Shown: piece after piece, positions 39,434-49,767 of the stretch
Layout: each line of letters starts with the position of its first letter
Numbering within the stretch: position 1 is the first letter of the stretch
Source: Anthoceros angustus
Taxonomy: Eukaryota; Plantae; Anthocerotophyta
Assembly: GCA_010909165.1 (NCBI GenBank)
Contig: MU008214.1
Span: 1 to 64,000 of the forward strand
DNA length: 64,000 bases
Reading direction: 5' to 3'
The notes under the pieces: generated by a model
Told to the model about the DNA's origin: nothing
The model's input: only the letters and a program-made list of their open reading frames with translations
The model's database searches: none
Program-made: the position numbers and the translations under genes

Positions 39434-40263
39434 GCTTCAGCATAAGCTTGTAGTCCAAGTGTGCAACTTGCTCCTTCAGATCCTGTAAGTCAACGCTTCG
39501 TAGACAAGTGTCCATTAATTTGTGTGCGTCATCACTATCCTGTTATTTGCTTCGATGCGATTAATTATTGTGCGACACTCGTGTTTGTGGCGCTTGAGTT
39601 GTGATGAAACCACGGGCTGCCGTTTCCATCAAAAGCTCTTTGTACACGCACTGCAAATTTAGTGGATTTCTTGGAGGAAGAGTAAACACGATTCGCTCTT
39701 GAGGATAGAGAAATTCCACAATAGTATTAAATCGTCTCTCGGATCAGCAATTTGCATAGGTCTATTTTGGTTTTGTTGGCTCCATTGTAGGATGCGAATG
39801 TGGCGAGAAGCAATTGTGTGCCCATCGGCAATTCTTGACCTATTTTGCCTAGGATGATTACGAGTAGCGGTGTTGCGCCACGGTGCGCATCTAAATTGGC
39901 CATGTGCCGTAACAGGATTTGTGTTTTATAAGTGCGAAATTGCATCTTATATTTCTTTTGTATTTTTCTATATATAATTTTGCCCATTGGGCAGTTGTTC
40001 TAGTGTATGTTCATTGCAATTGCTCAAGGGAGCAATTCAATGAATGCACGCTAGAATGCCTACCTAATGCAGCAAGAATTTGTATAGATTTTTAAAGAAA
40101 AACGACACAAAATTCATTTCTTGATGTTTCTTTAAAAGTTCCTCTTCAAGAACATGTTATTATTCAAAACAATAATAAAACACATCTTTCTGCACATCTT
40201 CTAATGCAGAAAATTTGTGTGTGCATACTAGATGCATCTCCATCTATCCCTGCTCTGATACCA

Positions 40264-40520
40264 TAAAGATTTTATGTGAATTGAATTAATAAAACACAAT
40301 TACATTATTGATTGAATTGAAAGATCAAAATAAAGAGTAACTTGCTTATGCTTAAAACAACCTAATTAAGATACCAAGTGTTGCGTCTACTCGTAAGCAT
40401 CACAACCCTACCGAAAGGGTACTAGGTGACTAGACCTAGTTTACACATCAGATAGGTTAACTAAACTAAGGTAACCTAACCCTAGCATGAGTCAACACAT
40501 AAACAATAATTATTTCTTCA
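40264..40520 (-). repeat. 5' LTR of the copia element (~257 bp, TG...TA)
   Basis: Starts TGAAGAAAT on the minus strand at 40520, abuts the iMet PBS, and the flank switches to CRE-like coding sequence. Confidence 0.7.
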
Positions 40521-41914
40521 CCAATTGGGGGATCCCTAGGTAGCATTTGGTATTTTATCTTCGTGTTTTGCGCGCCGGCTAAGCTACTTCCTCCGCACAG
40601 TTCCGCCCTTCCCGGGATTCTTATCTAGCCTGAGGGGTTTTGAAAACTAGATTATGCAGACGCTGGCCGACGTCATTGGCCCAGGCACCTTCGAGTGCGC
40701 TGCTGGGGACTTGGCCAGGAGACAGGTGTTCCTTCTTGTCGCTTTTGGGGGCACTGGTCTCTTGGCTACGGAAGCCTCAGCGCCGGCTGCTTTCCTTGGG
40801 AGTTGGGCTCTCTCTGCTCCCATCGTGGTCTCTTGCTTCGTCATTAGGGATTCTCGCATTCTGGAGTCCTTCGTCGTGGGAGTGGAGGAAGGCGGTTTTC
40901 CATTGTAGGTGGCCCTCCGTTTGGCTAGAGGTTCCCTACCTACAGATGCTAAGGCAACATTATCTTCTTTTGTTTCGCTCATCGAGCCGGATTCCGCGGC
41001 CTTCAAGCGTCCCTCCTGGAGAAGCAAATCGGCAGGTGCAGGTTACCCTTGTTCGGGACTCGTCCATCCTCAGTACGGCTCGCACCCATCTCCGCTCTTG
41101 CTTAGGTAAGGGAGCAAGTTCATGGCTTCTTGCATGTCCTTCCATCCAGGCTTTCCGGATCACACCAGCCTCTTTTTCTACCGCGATGAGGTTTCGCTTA
41201 GGCCTGGTCCAGCCTTTGGCCTGCTCTCTCCAGGTTTGCATCTGTGGGGTACCCCTCGACGACTCGGGTACCCACCTTGCTCGCTGTCCCGTGGTTCGCG
41301 ACGTCACGGTATTTGCGACGTCATGTTTTCGTTGGCCGAGGAGGGAGGCTTCTTTCCTTACAGGGAGCACCCTTATACTCTGCCTAACGGGGTTTCCCTC
41401 CAGGCGGACCTTTTTTTGGCCCAAGGGGACTAGGTTTCAGTTGCAGGTGTGGTTGTCATCGATCCTACTCGGGATTCCGTCAGTGAGCATGTGATCCTCA
41501 ACCCTTCGGGATGGGCAGCGGACGGATGTGCCACGGCAAAGGTTCGTAAGTACTCTCCCATGGGGCCATGGGCAAGGCCATTTCTAGGTTCCTGAAGACC
41601 TGTGCTAGGAAGTACTACAACCGTAGGAACGGGGTTGGCCTCCCTCTTTCATGTATCGTGGCTTTCTACAGACAACGAATGTTCAGCCCTGCTATGGGCA
41701 TTGGCCAACGCAGGTATAGACAACCATGAAAGGTGGTGCTGCTTTCTTGACCGGTGGTAGGCCCTTTTGCATCCACGATTTTGATATCCTTAATGCAATA
41801 GGCAATTACAAGACTAGCGATAGCGGGGGTTAGTCCCCCATGGTCTGGTGCCTTCATAAGGGTTGTTCCTCTTCTCGTGGGTAGATGGGTTTCCCATCTC
41901 TTTTTCATAATAAA
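40521..41914 (+). mobile_element. CRE-clade-like (restriction-like endonuclease) non-LTR retrotransposon, 3' part, degraded
   Basis: LGDP*VAFGILSSCFARRLSYFLRTVPP, RQVFL...FGGTGL, SWLLACP, MRFRLG..CICG..GTHLARC, RH..E..AD; ends in a hairpin followed by CATAATAAA. Confidence 0.75.
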
Positions 41915-42476
41915 GTCTCCTTTTACCATGATGCGTCCCCGGTGCTACTGGATAGCACGGTAACCTCGCGGGCCTACACCTCGGGAGCCAGGCGCCACGA
42001 ACAGAAAAAAGCGGACGCAGTTCTGCGCGTGGTTCTCGATCCCGAATTTTGAGTCACTTATAACATCTCAAAACCTCCCACCCCTCGCTTGTTTTAGCGT
42101 TTTGTTGGTGATTTTATTCCAATTGTTCGACACACTCTTCTCCATTCATTGAGGCTTTCCAAAGCTTGTTTGGGATTTGCCAAGCATGATAGGATGCAGC
42201 TGGATGAGGTGGTCCGGCTGGGATTTTCAGCTGATTTATTGGTCCAGGAAAGAGAGTCGGAACGACTCGAATTGAGTCGTTCCGTCGTGGTGGGGTTAAT
42301 AAAGTCCTTTTCTAAAGTAACATATCTTTCCAATTCGACACTTCAAAAAATTGGAGCTGTGGGCCGCTCCCAATTAGGGAGGGTGGACTGGACATAATAA
42401 TAGCTGCCCTGAAGTAGATAGTCTTTCTTCCTCACACTCCTAGGTCTTTCTGGGCTTGGCGGCTGGCTGCTCGAGC

Positions 42477-42920
42477 ATGGCGGCGCCACCATCCTCAGTG
42501 GAGTCAGTGCAATGCTTCGGGCGGAAGAAAACAGCTGTGGCCGTCACCTACTGTAAGCGGGGGCGCGGCCTGATCAAGATAAATGGGTGCCCCATCGAGC
42601 TGGTGGAGCCGGAGATTTTGCGGTACAAGGCCTTTGAGCCGATCCTGTTGCTAGGCCGCCAGCGCTTTGCTGAGGTTGATATGAGGATTCGGGTGAGAGG
42701 CGGAGGGCATACCTCGCAGATATACGCCATTCGGCAGAGCATCGCCAAGGCCCTAGTGGCCTACTTCCAGAAGTATGTGGACGAGCAGTCCAAGCAGGAG
42801 ATCAAGGACATCCTCGTCAGGTACGACAGGACGTTGCTGGTAGCTGATCCCCGGCGCTGCGAGCCCAAGAAGTTTGGAGGTCGTGGTGCCCGAGCCCGTT
42901 TCCAGAAGTCTTACCGGTAG
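42477..42920 (+). CDS. RPS16: 40S ribosomal protein S16 (uS9), 147 aa, no intron in the CDS
   Basis: [28 protein letters not shown]...[24 protein letters not shown], the canonical plant sequence. Confidence 0.98.
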   Translation: MAAPPSSVESVQCFGRKKTAVAVTYCKRGRGLIKINGCPIELVEPEILRYKAFEPILLLGRQRFAEVDMRIRVRGGGHTSQIYAIRQSIAKALVAYFQKYVDEQSKQEIKDILVRYDRTLLVADPRRCEPKKFGGRGARARFQKSYR

Positions 42921-43535
42921 GCGATTTCTGGGGAGTCTGGAGCGCACATGGCGTCTGGACAGCAATTTTGTGAGGAGCTCCGGCGGGGTCCCGTGGCGGC
43001 AGCGCTCACCTTCGCTAGAGTGAAGTTGGGCTTTGGGGATGGAACTTCTCTTTGGTTGTGTGTCCTCTAATGTTAGGTCAGCAGAAAGTCGGTCGAGCAT
43101 TGAGTAATGTAGTTGTCTCAAAAGTGGATTCTTAAAGAGCGTTGTACGCTGGCCAATTCGAAAGTGTTGGCACCAATTTATGGCGAAACTCTATCTCTTA
43201 TCTGTTCTTCAGATGGTGCACGGTAGTCCGACGTATGGTCTTGGTGTTGACTGGTGGTTGCAGATGTCACGGAACATGTCTTTCTTTCCTCTTAGAGCCC
43301 GCTTGAAGTGTGTCTGCCTGGGCGACCTGCGTCTTGTCGTCCAGCTGACTGTGACTGTTTTTTGTGACTTATGGCTCGCTTTTCCTCCGACTTTGACTGT
43401 CTTGTGGGATGTGCTCGCTGTAATCGGCAAAATCGCAGTTCGCAGATGACTGTTTTGTGGGCTGTAATCAGCAAACTGCATCCCTGGGTTGGGTATTTGT
43501 CTTGTACGTATTCTTTTGCATATCTGTTGTAGACC

Positions 43536-43661
43536 CGGGACACGAACTGATAGCCATCCTTTTCCTGTGGAGGATGGCTTACTAGTGCCCGAACAACGAT
43601 GTGGTTCTTTTAGCCCTATGCCTGTTATCTACTGCATAGGGTTACGAAAACTACTATATTT
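43536..43661 (+). ncRNA. Box H/ACA snoRNA, copy 1
   Basis: Two hairpins (AGCCATCC/GGATGGCT; CCCTATGC/GCATAGGG), hinge ACAACG, terminal ATA; paralogous to 43720-43847. Confidence 0.7.
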
Positions 43662-43719
43662 ATGGTTGTCTTCCTGGTTCTGCAACTTGTGTCGTGGACT
43701 CAGGTTTGAGTGTGGAAAC

Positions 43720-43847
43720 CGGGATCCAAACTGATAGCCGCCCTTCTCCTTGTGTTGGGCGGTTTACTAGTATCTCGAACAGGAATGTGGTCCTTTTAGC
43801 CTTGTGTTTCATACCCACAACACAGGGTTACGAAGACCACTACAGTG
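43720..43847 (+). ncRNA. Box H/ACA snoRNA, copy 2
   Basis: Hairpins GCCGCCC/GGGCGGT and CCTTGTGT/ACACAGGG, H box ACAGGA, ACA 3 nt before the predicted end; compensatory changes relative to copy 1. Confidence 0.78.
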
Positions 43848-44086
43848 ATCTGCCTCTGTTAGCGTAGAAATGTTCCCTAGTCTTACCACCTTGCTGAAGC
43901 TTTTCACCTTATCACCTATCGGGTGGCCTATTTTCCTCTTCTCCGATTTACTTATAATCTGAAAAGGCTAGCCATCCACAAGGTGCCTGCGGCTTTAAAT
44001 GCTTGACATCCTTGTTGAGGTTAAGGTTTGGTCGCGAGGTGTGCATGCTTGTTTCCAGTCGTACTATTGTAGCTTGTAACGTCAAA

Positions 44087-44213
44087 TGAGTGCAACCTTT
44101 TCATTGCCTAGCAGTAGGATTGGGTAATGACAAAAGGCACTCAGAGATAGTTGCGACTGCTAATTCTTGCATCAGGAATCAATGAATGCATGTTTCGCTC
44201 TTTTGCTACAGCC
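44087..44213 (+). ncRNA. Candidate H/ACA snoRNA
   Basis: Hairpin TGAGTGC..TCATTGCCT/GGGTAATGA..GCACTCA with an internal loop, H-like AGATAG, weaker second hairpin, terminal ACA. Confidence 0.4.
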
Positions 44214-44829
44214 AATCTCATGAGCGGCGATCGGTGTGCTTTTGTCTGTAACGTAAGTCCTTTAGGTTTGCAAATAAGGCATTTCCCTTCTTCATATGCT
44301 TTCAATTGATTTGGATATCTCAGAATACGCCTTCCTGTACAGTTATGGGTTGGTTGCTGATCCATATCCGTATATCCCATGGCTCTGGCATCAGCCAGGA
44401 TCTCTGACAAGTGGGATTTTGAGCTAAACTACGGAGTTAGATTCAGTCTCTGTATGTTGGGGTTCTGGGAAAAACGATGTAATTGGAGCTCTTGGAAGTT
44501 CTGGGCTGCTATTCCTGCCAACTGGGCCTAGCTTACTGCTGGTATGAAATGCCTGGTTATTTGAGGTCACGTCGTGCCTCTGTCTGGGCTTCTGTCCTGA
44601 CCTGCAGTCCCGTGTGTACAACTTTTGTGATAGCCAAGTCGCATTATGTTGAATGGAGGAGCTGCCAAAGTAACTGGCAAAGAGAGCTGGATGGGTTGAT
44701 TTTTCTCTGATACCCAGTGCTTCAGTTGCCTGTCACATTCTCAGTGACCCCTTCCCGCACTTCTTTGTTCTTAAGTCCCTTGTTCTAAGGCGTCCTGTGT
44801 AATTGTGTTAGTGTACGTTCGAACAGAAG

Positions 44830-44915
44830 CACCTGTGCTATGATGATTTGACAAAGTACCATCAAAGACCTATTTGCATTGCAATGCGGACATGCTGCGT
44901 CTCTGAGCACAGGTG
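44830..44915 (+). ncRNA. Box C/D snoRNA, probable 18S rRNA 5'-domain guide
   Basis: Perfect 9-bp terminal stem CACCTGTGC/GCACAGGTG, box C ATGATGA (44840), box D CTGA (44903); guide GTACCATCAAAGA is complementary to UCUUUGAUGGUAC. Confidence 0.85.
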
Positions 44916-46228
44916 GATAGTTGTCGTAGCAGTGTCCATGGAGTCCAGCAGCCTAGTAGCCTGCCACGGTAGTCGGGCACGCCATGAGTACGACTGAGAG
45001 TATCCGTAGCCCTTCTCCTTTCTCTCCTCGCCGCCGGACAGTGGGGACTCTTTGTGATCCTGCTTATGTCATACACATCAAGGTATTGGCTCCATTAGCA
45101 CTTGCTTTGCTTAGCTCCTTCGTGGACACACCTCTTTGCGGTAATTTTTTTACAGTAAAACACGTACTCTACATGTCGGTAATATCAGCAACAGGAGGTT
45201 CCAGGTCCAACTTTACATCCCCCAGCATCCCGCATGAAGGGTCTAGAAAATCGCTTGATCGGTTTTGTTGGGAATTGCATCCAGCTACTTGCTACCACAT
45301 GCAGCACTCTGCTCGTAGTTCCACTTGCCATGGCTACATAATTTGGTAGTAGCAACGACGAAATCTATGTGTAACACATTGTGCGGTGTCCAATCTAGGT
45401 AGTCTTCCTTCTTGGGGATTTGTGTGGAAATGGTAAAAAATCATGTATGCTGCAGCATCTGTCATTTTGGCCTTGCGATCGAAGACACGTTCAGGTCTCA
45501 GTCGAAGACGTTCTTCACTTTTGGGTCAGCTTTGGGTCGTGACATCTTTCACCTCTTGCGTAACCGTGTAACCTCATTGTAATGCCACCGTTCTTCTCAG
45601 GTGTGTATTGAACCTACCTTAGCCTTAGCTAAGGCTTCATCAACTCCTATGCACCCAATTGCGCCGGTGCTGTCAGATCGTCGGTCTCTTGGCTGCTGGT
45701 TAACCCTCGCTGCGTGGCCAGGAAACGGTCTCTTGGCTGCTGGTTAACCTTCGGTGCAACTACAATGCAGCGTGGCCAGGCGAAAGCACTGAGCTTTTTG
45801 GCAAAAAACAAGATCGCTGAACTCTTTCCAATTTAGGGGAAAAAAAAAGGGTTAGTCGATGTCTAAGATCTAGGTATTTTCTAAAATTGTAGACTTCAAT
45901 CTTACTTACTTATTTATTTGATATAAAAATATGATTATCATATTATTTAGCTATTTTGTTTTAGTTACAAAGTTTTTGAGGTCATGGATGTTTCCCTACA
46001 TTGAAAACGTAGAAAATTAGGTTAACTCTTAATTCTTCCACGAAAAATTAGCTTTCTCTCTTCATCCTCTAGGTTTGTCTTTTTGATAGAAAGGTCTGTC
46101 TCTGTGTTTTTGAAAGAAAAATTTCCATAAATAACTTGAGAAGATGCATCGACATTCTTGCTACTGATCTTTCTTGTTATAAGTATTTTCAGGTGAACAT
46201 AATTGTAGTCTTGAGAAGTAAACAAAAA

Positions 46229-46969
46229 ATGAGCGCCGAGGATAATTCCAGTACAATACTTGAAGAAGAAATAGAAGAACTATATGAACCTTCCACGGAA
46301 GGTGCATCTAAAATATTGATCCTTTTGTTACAACATGATGTTTGTAGTCTAACTTTTCAACAATAAAGTGTAAAGACAAATTCAAATAATTTTGTTTTGA
46401 AAACTTTATGTTCAAAAATATTTTAATTAATTAGTAAACAAGAACATTCTCTATAAGCTGAAAATTTTCAAATTCTTCTGTTGTCCTTCTGTTTATATAG
46501 AGATATTACCTTACTTCTTTAATCAATATATACTATTTGAATTTCATCAACTTCAATTTAGGCTCTTAATGTAGAACTTGAAGAGTATGCCTTGTGGCTT
46601 GGAATGGATCTTCCCCAAGACAGTCGATTTTTATGGATTGCAAGGGAAGGTTTAATAGCTCCATTACCAACGAATTGGAAACCTTGGTAATAGTTTACAT
46701 ATTATTTTTCAAAAATAATAAATGAAAAAATGTACCTTATTGAAATTCTGTTGTATATTTTGCAGTAGGACTTCTGATGATGAAATTTACTACTTCAACT
46801 TCTCAAGTGGAGATAGTATCTGGGACCATCCTTGTGACCAATATTATAGGTATAATATTTAAAAATAAAATATTATTTTTATATATAAGTTTCTAAAACC
46901 AAATGATATATTGACTCATAGCACTGCAGAACCCTATATGTGGAAGAGAAAAACAAGCTAGAACAAGAA
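46229..46969 (+). CDS. CEP164: CEP164-like centriole distal-appendage protein, N-terminal WW-domain exons (46229-46301, 46575-46686, 46766-46849, 46930-46969); gene continues downstream
   Basis: Spliced at GT-AG: [93 protein letters not shown], matching the conserved CEP164 N-terminus. Confidence 0.9.
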
Positions 46970-47319
46970 GTAAGCTTATTCTCTAACTTAAAGTGTTTGA
47001 AAGATTAAAGTCTAAATATGAGGTATCATACATCCTAACACGTATGTACAATTGTTTTTCTTTTTGAAGGGTAAGCCCGGAACCGTCCAAGGTACCTAAT
47101 TCCTGTACCTGGAATATTTAGAATATCATCTGTAGGTAAAATGACCTGAGTGTTGCCGACTCGTAATATACGCCGACCGATGTTTGCAGCGAGTGCCGAA
47201 GGAGAAGATGATAGCTTTGTGCCCTCCTCGAGTGAGCAGGTGCGTACCTTCGCACACTTGGCCATTGGAAGCGGTGAAAGCTGAGGAAGAACCTAGGCTG
47301 CGGTACACACAACTTATGG

Positions 47320-49020
47320 ATGCAGAGTTTTTCTCAGAGAAGGCATCCGGTGCTGGACGTTCAAGAAGGATATGGCCGCGCCGGAGAGGCATCCACGAAT
47401 CCCATCCAGGAAGGCGCGTCGCCGGATACGTTGCATGCAAGGCATTATGATTTGATTGCAAGAAAGCCGGGTGAAACGAGAGAGAAATTGAAAGCCTTGT
47501 TAGCGCAACCTGAAGTGCCAGGGCAAGGAGGAACGGAAGGCTTGACAGCGCAAGTGGAGAGGTATATGCGAGAACAGAGTGATAGTTTCTTCCAAAAGCT
47601 TAGGACAGAAGTGATGGAGAAGGTAGGTACGGGTTTGCACAAGGAAATGTACAAGGGCAAAGGCAAGGAAGTCCTCCGTGGTTCTGAGCACTCTTTAGGA
47701 GAAGGAGAAGGAGAAGGAGAAGGAGAAGGGGGACAAGAATCACGGGATGACGCCATGAGAGCCATTGAATCACGGTTGAATGAACACGTAGAACGAAGGC
47801 TGGAGGAGCTGAGGCAAGATATCGTTACGAGGCTGGATCCGCGTGCTTCCGACCAAGAGGGCGCACATGGTCGGTCGATGATGGTCATCAACCTCAACTT
47901 AGAGCCGAAGGACACGCAGGAACGAGGATCAAAAGAGAAGCTCAATATTACTGTAGAAAAAATGTGCATGGAGAACGCACCTTTCTCATTTGGAGTTGAC
48001 ATAGACAGGACATCGGAGGGGCCAAAGGAGGAAATCTCTTACGTCGTGAAAATTGCTCAGCAAACTAGTGCTCCGCATCCGCCGGAGAGCACGGATCACA
48101 TGCTTGGCAGCAAAAAAAAAACAACCTCCAATAACGAGAGCCGGGCAGCCGGCACTTGGATCGGAACACACAGCAGAAGGGAAGCATCAGGCAGACATTT
48201 AAGGAATCACGGACAAGATCCCTTCCGTATACAGTGTCCCCAAAGATCAGCGCAGCTCAGTGGCTCAAAGCCAAAATATACAAGGGCTCAGAAATCAGCC
48301 CAAGGAGCAACATCGAAACCCGTTTACACAGTAAGCATCACGCGCCAGAAGAGGGACAGGGATACTCGTAATCGGTTTGTTAGGGCAAAGACTGTTTTCC
48401 TAGCAGTCAGGGCGAAAGGGAGATGGGAGGAAGCATGTCAGTCCTTGAATCCAACACAGTCACGGCAGGATAGTCAGGCAAGAAACACAGGTGACATTGT
48501 GACATATCAACCAGAAAAAGAAAATCGCTCTCCAGTCCAAGGAGAAATGTGCAAAAATGACAAGAAAGGCGCTAGATCTACAGCCATTGCTGTTCCCAGG
48601 ACTTTGGAACATCCTGAGGACATCTCGTACAGTACCACCACCAGTTCAGAGAACAGCGACCTCAGACTAGACACAGTAGACTCTCTAAGAACACAATCAA
48701 TGACTGTCCTTTCAAATCCAGTTTGGGTGGACAAAGCAGGTTGGAACCTCTTGGTGAAGCCTACGGACGAAAGATTGATTTCCTTACTCTTAAACATGAT
48801 AGTATTGAACCTCCAAATGCAACTAGGAGCTGCAGGTGGTTGCCAGGATCTGTACAGAAGCATCAATGCTGAAGGGCAACTGCAAGGTCATCCTTATCTC
48901 AACCGAAAACAAGGTATTGGAAACCTACTCGACAAACTGCTCAACATGAGTGGTTATGGAAAGCTTTGGAAGGCCTGGTCAAGACTCCTGCACGGCAATC
49001 ATCCAAGCTTCGAGACATAA
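47320..49020 (+). CDS. 566-codon charged/low-complexity ORF; probably a large downstream exon of the CEP164-like gene
   Basis: Long uninterrupted frame on the same strand with coiled-coil-like segments (RLNEHVERRLEELRQD). Splice connection not resolved. Confidence 0.55.
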   Translation: MQSFSQRRHPVLDVQEGYGRAGEASTNPIQEGASPDTLHARHYDLIARKPGETREKLKALLAQPEVPGQGGTEGLTAQVERYMREQSDSFFQKLRTEVMEKVGTGLHKEMYKGKGKEVLRGSEHSLGEGEGEGEGEGGQESRDDAMRAIESRLNEHVERRLEELRQDIVTRLDPRASDQEGAHGRSMMVINLNLEPKDTQERGSKEKLNITVEKMCMENAPFSFGVDIDRTSEGPKEEISYVVKIAQQTSAPHPPESTDHMLGSKKKTTSNNESRAAGTWIGTHSRREASGRHLRNHGQDPFRIQCPQRSAQLSGSKPKYTRAQKSAQGATSKPVYTVSITRQKRDRDTRNRFVRAKTVFLAVRAKGRWEEACQSLNPTQSRQDSQARNTGDIVTYQPEKENRSPVQGEMCKNDKKGARSTAIAVPRTLEHPEDISYSTTTSSENSDLRLDTVDSLRTQSMTVLSNPVWVDKAGWNLLVKPTDERLISLLLNMIVLNLQMQLGAAGGCQDLYRSINAEGQLQGHPYLNRKQGIGNLLDKLLNMSGYGKLWKAWSRLLHGNHPSFET

Positions 49021-49767
49021 GGGAACTATGAGTATGAGCTTGTACAAGTTAGGCCACAGCGGAATGGATAGAAGGAGAAGACAGTACAGAACTATGACTA
49101 CTGAACAGTGTAGAATATACAAAGCTTGGAAGCTCGTACGCTGTTTGCAACAGGGAACAGCAATCTTTCTAGACTATGGGTAACCACGTTGACCATGCCT
49201 GAAACCTTTAGCACATCGCGTGTTGGAGAACAGCGTGTTTCCTTCAGGGTCCGAAGGCTGAATTCACCATTTGCAAAAAGTGAAGATGCCAGAAGAACCA
49301 TCAACAGAAACCCAAGGGCAGGGAGCACAACATGAGACAGCGAGGCAGTACGAGACATCAGGTACGTACTTTGGCAATTGCCAGATGTCCCAAGCTTCCA
49401 GCGCAAGAATGTACAAACCCTTCACCAGCTGCCATTAACTCAGATTTATGCTCAGATTTATGATATTCAAACCAGCAGTAAAAGAAGGAAGGGGTGAGCA
49501 GCCGACGCTGGCCGATGGCATAGTTGATTGCCGTACGCGGCCATGTTAAGCTTGTAGAAACTACGGGAGAGGTCAGACTGTCATATAAGACAGGGTAATA
49601 CTCATGACCATTCCTCAGGAGTTGAAAATGCACGAGAGCAACCGCATGTTACCCTGGGATCTTTACGCAACAAATAGATGTCCAAATAATGCTGTATTCA
49701 CATTGGTTCCGAAACAGGAGAATCTTGGCAATATACAAGAAAACAGCTGCCTTGCGCAGCTCCTATT

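Larger units (their letters stand above)
27906..40520 (-). mobile_element. Ty1/copia LTR retrotransposon, degraded and interrupted (RNase H and 3' LTR not found)
   Basis: gag (FNGNDFDIWQIRMEGVL), protease (EWYLDT), LWHARLGH..CEAC, integrase (DLCGP, DNGG, TPQQNGVAER), RT (EPQSYEEAL, CKWVFK, YKARLVARGFTQ, DVKTAFLHG, YVDDL, FKMSDLG); PBS TGGTATCAGAGC at 40263-40252. Confidence 0.93.

Noticed and set aside
40252-40263. Functional link between the copia PBS and the tRNA-iMet gene at 60557
   Set aside because: iMet priming is the norm for plant copia elements; proximity carries no information.
43720-43847. U2 snRNA or 18S 3'-end as H/ACA targets
   Set aside because: Partial complementarity only; spacing or target base does not fit pseudouridylation-pocket rules.
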